DNA of 14,899 bases from Azolla caroliniana (Eukaryota > Plantae > Polypodiophyta), in the NCBI GenBank assembly GCA_043228905.1, contig JBHGNT010000832.1, forward strand, positions 1 to 14,899, read 5' to 3'. The translations under genes were made by a program, and so were the position numbers. Below are positions 1 to 9,350 of this stretch, piece after piece; within the stretch, counting starts at the first letter, position 1, and each line of letters starts with the position of its first letter. The notes under the pieces were generated by a model. It did not search any database. It was not told the DNA's origin and saw only the letters and a list, made by a program, of their open reading frames with translations.

Positions 1-593
1 AAGATTCAGGCTGACGGAAATCCCGACATTTTAGTTAATCGCATAGCCATACTTTCTTGGACTCTCACTACTATTCCGATCCTCGAAGCTATTGCTCCAA
101 GCATTGGTAAATACTCCTTTCATAATCCCGGGAAGACAATCGTTAATGGAAATATCCGATCTCCTTTCCGTATTGCCTCCATAGGATTAAAACCTTGTTT
201 CCAAGGCATCAGAAATGCACGGGCACCTCTTACATCAAGAGGACTATGTTCCAACATTATGCCCACTGATTCGATTGTATCCAATTCCACATGATAAAAT
301 CCTCGTCCCATAAATTGGACATCTATTATCCTACCAATTAATCCATGCATAAATGCTTGTAACAAATCTTTGCACTCACCTCTATTCGGCCAAGCTCCCA
401 CCACTCTACAGATCACGGAGAGTTGAGTTAGACGTTGAATCTCTGATTTGAATTCAACCTCTTCTTCTCTCGAGAATACGATCGGTAGAGGCCTCTCCTT
501 AGATTCTGTTGGCGGGGATGCTTCTTTAGAGTTCCCCTGTTGTGTCGTTGAGGTGGCTCTCTGCTACACTCTCTCTCTTCCCTGTTCCTCCAT
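1..593 (-). mobile_element. Degenerate non-LTR retrotransposon (L1-type LINE) ORF1 fragment, DUF4283-like; continues beyond the left edge
   Basis: One minus-strand frame from ATG 593 through the listed ORF 416-120 to the edge: ...EEEVEFKSEIQRLTQLSVICRVVGAWPNRGECKDLLQAFMHGLIGRIIDVQFMGRGFYHVELDT...LEHSPLDVRGARAFLMPWKQGFNP...IVFPGL*KEYLPMLGAIASRIG. The 'xGRGFYxV...P...LxPWxxGFxP...PGL...IASxIG' pattern resembles plant LINE ORF1/DUF4283. In-frame stops are TAG 566-564, TGA 122-120 and TGA 8-6. Confidence 0.75.
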
Positions 594-1040
594 CTCGTCC
601 TCCAATTTCCTTTTTATATGAATCAACCATTTTTGTAATTGGCCCATTTTGTATATGAATATACTATTTGATACATTTTGTATATCATAAAGTTTTGTAG
701 TGTATATGAATGGATGGCCGAGATTCACCTAATGAACCTACTTATCATATGGTTGACCGGAGTTTTACCCAATGCCTGTATCATATGGTACTAAAATAGA
801 TGCCACTTATGGATCTCTTCTCATTTCATGTATTGGCCAATTGACGGTATCATATTGTGTTGAAATACATGCTCAAATTTGATTCATATGATCGCTAGAT
901 ACGGAGAGACGGAAGACAGTAAAAGCGCATTCCATTGTTCACAAAAGGATCTAATCATATAGTCAACATGTACCACAAACGGTGTGGCACAGATCATGCA
1001 CATCACAGCACACATTTGATGGCATGAGCTGAAAATTGTA

Positions 1041-1455
1041 GTGTGTATGTATGTATATGTATATGTAGATGTGTGTATGTATGTGTGTGTGTATGTATGT
1101 ATGTATGTGGGGGTATGTATATGTATGTATGTATGTGTATGTGTATGTAGTATGTATGTGGGTATGTATATGTATGTATGTATGTATGTGGGTATGTATA
1201 TGTATGTATGTATGTGTATGTGTATGTATGTATGTATGTATGTGGGTATGTACTATGAATATGTATGTATGTATGTGGGTATGTATATGTATGTATGTAT
1301 GTGGGTATGCATATGTATGTATGTATGTATGTGGGTATGCATATGTATGTATGTATGTATGTATGTGGGTATGCATATGTATGTATGTATGTATGTGGGT
1401 ATGTATATGTATGTATGTATGTATGTTATGTATGTATGTATGTATGTATGTATGT
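1041..1455. repeat. Long compound (TATG)n microsatellite with recurring TATGTGGGTATG variant units
   Basis: Read directly from the sequence. It explains the spurious HTYI/MYVC ORFs at 963-1980. Confidence 0.97.
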
Positions 1456-1559
1456 GGTGGGCCATGGCTAAAACAGGGGAGGGTAGAGAGAGGCAGGGGA
1501 GGCGCAGGGGTTTTGGATGACAGACTCCATAGCCTGCGGATCAGAGAAACCGCAAAGCT

Positions 1560-1867
1560 CGCCCTTTCCCACCATCGCCATCGCCATCAGCAGCAGCAGC
1601 AGAAGAAGAGCCTCCTCTTTCAGCCAGATCATGCAGAAGGTTCCCCCTCTCTCTCTCTTCCTTCTCCTTCTCCTTCTCCATACCTACGCCTGCCCCCCAC
1701 CCCTCCTCCTCCTCTTCATCGCTTCTTCTGTCTTGCAGTGTCTCGCTGCTCCCTTTATGCCCTCTGCGTTGATTCTCTCCGCCCACACCGTTTGTACTAC
1801 TGTGAGCAGAAGGCTGGGCCTATTCTATTCTTCATCAGGCTATGCGTTTCGCTTCTGCGTTCCCAAG
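1560..1867 (+). other. Probable non-coding first exon(s)/5' leader of MRS2 (CT-rich, (CAG)5 at 1588-1602); donor AAG|GTATGG at 1867/1868
   Basis: GC- and pyrimidine-rich island typical of plant 5' UTRs, ending in a good donor and followed by ~1.5 kb of intron-like sequence. Candidate acceptors lie at TTCTGTTCAG|G (3421/3422) and GCACAG|G (3460/3461), just upstream of the ATG. The start boundary and exon number are uncertain. Confidence 0.45.
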
Positions 1868-3462
1868 GTATGGTTGCTCTGCCGCTTACTCTTTATCTCA
1901 TCTTATTCTTCTGTAAGCTGCATCAGAATGTAAGCAGGAAACGGGCTGATGAAGAAACGGCTCTCGGAAACGGGATTTAGAAGGAAATGGTTCTGAGTTA
2001 ATACAGAGGGAAACGGAATTTAGAATATAGTCTGGAACAAGCTCCTGACTGTAGAGGGCAAAAGATCTGAGAATATAGACGAAAACAGCCCTCACAATGT
2101 TTGATCTTCAAATATTGAAGAATACATACGATTTGCAATCGAAAAAGGAAACGGTTCTCACATTGTAATCAGGAAATGCCTCTAATTGAAGGAAATACAT
2201 TTTTGAATATAGAAGGAAGGAAACATACCTCGGAGCAAAATAGGAACACAGACGTACAAGTACTTATGGGTCTTGCATTAGTTTTTGCTCTGCTTCATAT
2301 ATGCCGTGTAGATTGGTAAGTAAGGCTGTGAATTGCTGTAGAGTCATATACTTTCCTGCTTTGCGTGAAGATCGCAGTGCACACTATGTCCACTTGTGTA
2401 GTCTAGACTCTAAATGGCATTAGATCATCCAGAAGTGACCTTGTAGATTGCAAGATTTTCTGCAAAGTCAACTCTTTCTTGCCTTTTGTAAAGATTGTTG
2501 TGTGTCCTGGTCTTTCTGTCCTACAATTGGCAATAGTTCATTCTCAGAGAAAAATGATTAATCTTGCTAATCCAGAAGGCTGATTTGCTGAGCTTAGAGA
2601 ACACATTTTAGTTCATGGGTTTTTTGTTTGTGCAATTCATTCCCATGTATATGATTGCCTTCGCCGTTTGCTAATCATTGACTTATCCAGAAGGCCAAAG
2701 ACGATGCTCTAAGAATATTTTGATTTATTCAGAAGGCCTTGCAATCCCTCTCTCTGTCATCCAAGAAGGTCATCATTTCCATTGGTGATATTAGGGAACA
2801 CTGGTTTAGTCCATGTCCTTCCATCATATGCTATCTCTTCTTATCAGTGTATGCTATTTGTGTAGGTTTTGTAGTATTGCAAATTGCTGCAATTTGCAAA
2901 GTCATAAAATTCAGTTCCTTGTTTTTTCTAGCTCACATTTCCTACATATGTGACATGCCATCCATCACTCATTTAATTTCTGCTGAGATTAGAGAAATGA
3001 TGATTTAGTTCCTATGTACTGAGACCTTGCAAATGCTTTCTGTATTCAGTTTTTTGCTACTAATTGTCAAATGAAGGGTCTCAGACATCATTGCAAAGTC
3101 ATAGGACCAGTTCTTTGTTTCTGATAACCCTGCAGAAGCTTGAGGTTTCTTCCGTATGTCATCTAGAAAGCCATCCGTTCATTTTCAGAGAGTAGTGAAC
3201 TGTTTATAGGATTCTGTTGCTGTGATGCATGAAAACAATGTTGCCAATGATCAGGGAGCACAGTCACCATGGTGATTGGACCAATTTGTTTCTGTCAGCA
3301 CTAGTTATAAACTTAAAAGAAATTAAAGAAACTCAGTATTGGGCCCCATAATATATATTATTTTGACACTCATATTATTAAATTCTCACATGGTATAACC
3401 AAGTTCACCATTTCTGTTCAGGCATTAAAAGGATTCATTGTACCTACTGTTTAAGCACAGGA

Positions 3463-4080
3463 ATGGCAGACCACAAAACAAGTTTGTTACCTCCACGTCC
3501 TGCAGTGCAAGAGCAAAATCGGCCCTCACGGTCAATTTTTCAAGGGATGGATCTATCAAGTCTGAAAAAGAGAGGGCAGGGTGTGCGTTCCTGGATCAAG
3601 ATTGACAAAGAAGGGAATTCACAAGTTATGGAGGTTGACAAGTTAAAGATTATGAGACGATGCGATCTTCCAGCCCGTGACCTTCGGCTTCTTGATCCTC
3701 TCTTTGTATATCCATCAACAATTCTAGGCAGAGAGAAAGCGATTGTTGTAAATTTAGAGCAAATCAGGTGCATAATAACAGCAGATGAGGTCTTGCTTCT
3801 CAATTCTCTTGACAGCTATGTGCTACAGTATGTCGCCGAGCTTCAAAAGAGGTTGGCAGTGAAGAACAAATTTTTGGGTGGGCCATCATTAGGAGCTCCT
3901 GTCGACGTTTTGTTGGGAGAAAGAAGGGAGAACAGTGTAGTGATATACAATGCTATGACATCAGGTCATGATCGACAAATGATAGGTGAATCCAGAGGAT
4001 CATCTGGGGATTACATGCCATTTGAATTTCTTGCTATGGAAGTTGCGTTGGAAGCAGCGTGCACTTTTCTGGATACTCAG
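3463..4080 (+). CDS. MRS2-1: MRS2 coding exon 1
   Basis: ATG 3463 to ...CTFLDTQ; donor CAG|GTAAGC at 4080/4081; 618 nt. Confidence 0.95.
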
Positions 4081-6855
4081 GTAAGCCATGCTCACAGATA
4101 AACTCGAAATGTGATATAGAATATCTACAAATAAATTTTCAGATTCAAACGAGGATTCCTTTTTTGAGTGTATTTCATGCTTGTTCACTTTTTGTATTTG
4201 ATTGCAGCATACACTTTGAAATGTTGAATGTGCTTTGTTGTATTAATTTTCTTTTCATATTCTGTTGAAGCATACAAAACAATAAATTAAACTAAGGTGT
4301 ATTATCCTATTAGAAGATATGATAAAGTTTTTGTGAAAGTTTACTGCCAAATAGAAGCACAACAAGATAGGCACCAAAGATACACAACTCCTTCATATAA
4401 ATAAATATATATTGGAGGCCATTATAGTGATGCATAGATGCATATATACACACGCATGCATCTGAGCCATATATATATATGCCGTATACATATGCATGTA
4501 TGTATGTACATGAGTGTAATATGCATAAAACAGATTCATACATACATTTATTATGTCTTAGTTGCTGCATATCACTCATCCAAGAATTATTTAGGAAATA
4601 ATGCCAATAAAAGATGGATGGGTAGGACATCTGCAGAACATGCGAATTGCAATATATTTTAAACCCTCCACATGGGAAATAAAATATTTTTTTCTGAATC
4701 TTGAAATCTAGAAAGAAAGCTGCTCCGAATCTTGGAGCCCTCCAATAACAGAATCAACAACTATTTTCTCATGTTCCAGGCCTACTAGCTGGATTAATAG
4801 CATTTGATTTGTTTTAAACAGATATAGTTCTGTACAAAGTATCTATTGGTGCTATTATCATTACTGCACTAATTTATGTAGGTTTATGTAATTTTAGTGA
4901 GACGGCTATACTGTGAGATCAGATATGATTTCACATTCTCGTCTTCTCTGTATTGATGCTGTTTTCTATCTTTCGCTCTGTAGAAACTAATCAAAATCCA
5001 TCTGATCCACTAGGAGTAGAAGTTGGATTTCGATCGAAACATTACCAATTAATATGATTTCCGGTTGGTAGCATAACGCCTATTTCTTTCAGAACAGCTA
5101 ACCAAGTCTGATCCTGGGTTCATCTCTATAGGTTGAGCTTTCAGATCTCATTGCTCCAGGTCCAGTTGATGTTGGATCTTGCTCAGTAATTTTTCGTATC
5201 TCATTGCCTTTCTGCATTTCATCATTGAAGGTGTTTGTTTGACTGTCCACATGGGGTCCATCTCTTCACCTATTCCTTGCACTTGGTTGCACCTATTCCT
5301 TCTTCATCGCACTCATTCCTTCTTCGCATGCAAGATCTCTTTGACATTGATGACTTAATATGAGAAGGAATTACCTGACAAAATCAAACCACATATACTT
5401 GAGGGTATGAAGGAGTAAAAGCTTTCAACTGAAGAGGTCTAGAAAAATCCAGCTATGTTTTGCTAAAAACAGAACATAACTTCAAAAAACTACTTTACAG
5501 TCAGTTGAATTCATGGAAGTACTATTTTATACATATTTACTGGTAGCCACTCTAGGTAAAATAATTTTCATCATTCGTTTTAGGAACCACCCAAACTGCT
5601 CACCAAAGAGAAGTGACAACCTATCCTTAGATAGTAAAAAAGCAATATAAGGAGTAAATGTTTTGTATATGCTAAAATCTGTGATTCAGAAGATTCATTG
5701 ATTTTACTTTGCATGATTAACCTGATATTTGTGAGAGAAACTGATATGGTTCGTCAAATAGGCTACAGAATTGGAGGCGGATGCATATCCAGCCGTAGAT
5801 GAGCTTACTTCAAAGATCAGCACATTGAATCTGGAGCGTGTAAGAAGACTGAAGAGTAGGCTGCTTGCTTTGACTCGCCGTGTTCAAAAGGTGTTTGATT
5901 TTGGGTGTTTAAACAAATTACTATTATATATAAGCTTATATGCTAACTTCGATTTATCCCACAGGTTAGAGATGAAATAGAACAACTTATGGATGACGAT
6001 GGGGACATGGCTGAAATGTATCTGACTGTGAAGAAGGAGAGACTGGAGAATTACTTTTATAAAGAACAAGCTGGTACATTTAATGCTGGACTCGGAGGTG
6101 GTGGCTCTATGTCAGCTCCCGTCTCTCCTGTTTGCTCGCTTCCAGAGTCTCGAAAAATGGATAAAAATCTTAGCATGGCAGCCAGTCGACATAGCAGCTC
6201 AAGAGTTTCTGATGACGGCAGTGACATTCAAGAGTTGGAGATGCTCTTAGAGGCTTACTTTGTTGTCATAGATGCAATCCTCAATAAACTTACTTCTGTA
6301 CGTGGATTGTGATTCCTATACGCATATTATTTATGTTCTGTGAATTTAATCCAATTTTCTATTGTATTGCAGCTAAAAGAATATATCGACGATACAGAGG
6401 ACTTGATCAATATACAGCTGGTATGTGTCTTTGTACTTCATGTTCATGAAATTGAAGATTTAAAAGGGTATATTTGTAATGCATTTATGAAACACCTCTT
6501 TATTTTTTGAGATTATCCAAGTGACGCGCTTCTTGTCTGACAGTAATTTAATGTTGATCTAAGTGTTCCTAGTTATGGTGAAGTCCGAGATTAGCTGAGG
6601 TGCCATTGTTCTTCTTGTTGACAGGATAATGTTCGAAACCAACTTATCCAGTTTGAACTAATTTTGACAATGGCGACTTTTGTGGTTGCAATTTTTGGAG
6701 TTGTGGCAGGAATTTTTGGAATGAATATTCCAATTGAACTCTTTGAAGAACCACAAGCCTTCAAGTGGGTTCTCATAATTACTGCGATTGCTGGGCTTCT
6801 AGTATTTGCTTCCTTCATGTTGTATTTTAGGAGACGGGGTCTAATGACATTGTAG
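3463..6855 (+). CDS. MRS2-1: Magnesium transporter MRS2 (CorA/MRS2/MGT family, MRS2-1-like), about 452 aa; join(3463..4080,5762..5890,5965..6297,6373..6420,6625..6855)
   Basis: Family motifs: LLPPRP, LKKRGQGVRSWI, RRCDLPARDLRLLDPLFVYPSTILGREKAIVVNLEQIRCIITADEVLL, PFEFx[88 protein letters not shown], and two C-terminal TM helices with GIFGMN. All four introns are GT-AG and phase 0. The exon sum is 1359 nt, open, ending TAG. Confidence 0.95.
5762..5890 (+). CDS. MRS2-1: MRS2 coding exon 2
   Basis: Acceptor ATAG|[46 protein letters not shown]; donor AAG|GTGTTT. Confidence 0.93.
5965..6297 (+). CDS. MRS2-1: MRS2 coding exon 3
   Basis: Acceptor ACAG|GTT preceded by branch-like [27 protein letters not shown]...LNKLTS; donor TCT|GTACGT. 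Confidence 0.93.
6373..6420 (+). CDS. MRS2-1: MRS2 coding exon 4 (48 nt, absent from the ORF track)
   Basis: Acceptor [25 protein letters not shown]; donor CTG|GTATGT. Confidence 0.93.
6625..6855 (+). CDS. MRS2-1: MRS2 coding exon 5 (TM1-GMN-TM2)
   Basis: Acceptor [44 protein letters not shown]...RRRGLMTL, stop TAG 6853-6855. Confidence 0.94.
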   Translation, partial: [76 protein letters not shown]

Positions 6856-7613
6856 ATCAAGATTTTGGTTGCTAGAAGAATTCAAATCTGTGCCTTCCAA
6901 GCATATCGAGAATTCTAGCAGGTGATCAAGCTAGGAGTCTCCTCAAGAAAGAATAATGATGAGCAATAAACCCCGAACTACCCCTATAATCGAGTCATTT
7001 ATAGAGCCATTTGATTCAGCCATCCCAAGTAATTCTTTTAAAACTTCCTTTTTCATTGATACCCCCTTTTTCGTTCCTCCCACCAAATTGCATGCATTTC
7101 GAGGTGAGAAAACGTCCATTCATACTCCTTAATTTCATGAATAATTTGAATGGCCACCTACATACATCCTCCAGAAGAAACAAAGAACATTGTTTCAAAA
7201 CGGGCACAATGTAATATGATGACTACTATGTTGAAATGGATTGATTTGTCTCAGGGATGTTTGAATAGCTATCTTTTTTCTAATGGCATATCTTTTGCAT
7301 TGATTAGTTTTTCATGGATCATTGTTTATTTCTAGAGTTTAATCCTGTAACTCATTTGGCTCGTGCCTTGGAGGAAATGAATATGAAATATTCTTTACCC
7401 AGAACTCAATTAGGTAATATTAATGGTTGTAGTCAATGCTTACACTGTACTTTTATCTTTACGCAGAACATCACTTTTATCTTGGAGATCATAAACATAA
7501 GATATTTTCTGTTTAATCTCAAATAAAAATGTTTTGAAGATGTTTAATATACGATTCTTTATTACATCTCAAGAATGGTTATCAATAGTTAGGCCACCTC
7601 AGCATTAAGTTTA

Positions 7614-8172
7614 GGGAAAAGTACCAAGATACCCTTGGAAGTTCGTCTATTTACCAGAATGCCCCTGGAAGTTCCAAACTACTCCTATGTCCAAAAAACG
7701 CATACACATACACATACACATACATATAAAGTAAGTACAAAGAACCCAAAGAATCTCTTAAGTAAAGAAACATGTGTATGCGTATGTGTATAGGTATGGG
7801 TATGGGTTTATATGTGTATATGTGTATGTGTATGTGTATAGGTATGGGTATTGGGTTTATATGTGTATGCGTATGCATATGCATATGCGTGTGGATGTGC
7901 ATGTGCATGTGCAAGTGTATGTGAATGTGTGTTTATATGTGTATTTGCATATGTATATGTTTATAAAGTAAGTACAAAGGACCCAAAGAATCTCTTAAGT
8001 AAAGAAATTTGTGTTTGAAGGGTATTCTGGTAAATAGGGCTCGTAGATTTGAGTGTATAATTACTTTATAATGTGTATTTTTTTGGACATAGGGGTAGTT
8101 CAGTAAATTTGGAACTTCCAGGGGCATTCTGGTAAATAGACGAACTTCTAGGGGTATCCTGGTACTTTTCCC
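7614..8172. mobile_element. Non-autonomous Mutator-like DNA transposon (MULE-MITE), 559 bp
   Basis: Left TIR GGGAAAAGTACCAAGATACCCTTGGAAGTTCGTCTATTTACCAGAATGCCCCTGGAAGTTCCAAA...CCTATGTCCAAAAAA (7614-~7698) matches the reverse complement of ~8079-8172 with a few mismatches and one ~10-nt indel. A perfect 9-bp TSD TTAAGTTTA flanks it at 7605-7613 and 8173-8181. Long G-starting TIRs plus a 9-bp TSD are the established Mutator signature. Confidence 0.92.
7725..8007 (+). repeat. 46-bp direct repeat (7725-7770 and 7962-8007) bracketing a TG/TATG-type simple repeat inside the MITE
   Basis: TATAAAGTAAGTACAAAG[A/G]ACCCAAAGAATCTCTTAAGTAAAGAAA occurs twice with one mismatch. Confidence 0.92.
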
Positions 8173-9350
8173 TTAAGTTTATTATCATGGATCTTAATGA
8201 AATTTTGAGGTTTTATGTTGCATAGATGACTAGATTTTAGCCTTAAATGGTTGACTAACAAGATGTCTCTCTTGTTGAATCATTTCCAAGATAGAAATTA
8301 TTTTGCAAGTCCTTTTGAAATAGTTAGGATCCGACACAGTTTTTACTGTCCAACAATATAATTAAAAAAAACCAGTAAATAAAAGGATTTTTCCATGAGA
8401 TGAATGTTGGATTGAACGATGTTGGTTTAAATAATTATAACATGCTCATGGAGATTTATAACTTATTTCAGAATTAGGTTTTTTCAACTGAGGATCTTAA
8501 TCCCCCCACATACCATAACCTCATAACCATTAACAATTGCTTGTCGTGCAAATTGTGGCTCATTCATTACCCCTTAGACAAACTATATCATTCTTATTAC
8601 TTATGCATTCCATGAATGTCAATGCAACTCTGAGATCACTAACACATTGGACCCCTAGGCTAGTAATACTTTATCATCAGCATGGGCTAGTCACCAATGC
8701 ACTCAGGTTTAATCTCAGCAATGCACTACTTTACGAGATGCCACTGAATGCCACTGGAGAATGACCTTCTAGTCTCCATTAGAGTTAATTACCAACTGAG
8801 TGAGAACTGCATAGGCTGCACTTTTTCCATGTCATGAAGGCTCATACATATATGTATGCATGAGTGTTTCATCACATATGGAGGCACATATACACCAAAC
8901 TTTTGGAATGTTTCTAGCATAGCATGTGGAATATTGTGTGAAGTTTCAGCTCCCTTTCATGATGTTTCCCATTTATAAACAAATGCATTTCTAAAATGTG
9001 TTGTAAGACAAGAACCTTAAAACTTAAACACTGCCAATCGGCCGTGCCAGTAGATGCCTTTAAATTTAATGCTTTAAGAGCATGTGCTTGTTTATATTTT
9101 GCTTCAATAGTTGCATAAAACCACATACATAATGTGCTTTTTGTCACACAATGAAGCCTATTGTTTGAAATGTGAAATTCCACCATAGTACACGGTCAAT
9201 CCCTAAGAATTTGTACAATAAGAGAAAAGATGGAGTTTGGTGAAGGCTAGTGTTTTGAGGTTTGCCATTCCATCGTAATACAAGGTCAAGTCTTAATTTC
9301 ATGTAATAGTACAAAAGGGAGCTTCTTCATTGGTTTAGGCTCAGAGAAGG

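Noticed and set aside
610-900. AT-rich stretch with repeated TATCATATGGT and TTTTGTATAT motifs
   Set aside because: It is possibly an old TE remnant, but I found no termini or TSD to support a call.
1041-1455. Regularly spaced units as a CRISPR-like or telomeric array
   Set aside because: There are no unique spacers or cas genes, the context is eukaryotic, and the unit is not TTTAGGG.
963-1980. Long ORFs rich in HTYI / MYVC (137, 159, 303 aa and others)
   Set aside because: These are translations of the (TATG)n array, which lacks stops in most frames; they are not proteins.
3540-3803. Minus-strand 87-aa ORF (also 6591-6860)
   Set aside because: These are antisense shadows of MRS2 exons.
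7651-8127. Short ORFs sharing FLYLRDSLG(S/P)LYLLY
   Set aside because: They result from the 46-bp direct repeat and microsatellite inside the non-coding MITE.
8600-8865. CAATGCA(A)CT repeats and the palindrome CATACATATATGTATG
   Set aside because: They are short and low-complexity, and expected by chance or slippage in AT-rich intergenic DNA.
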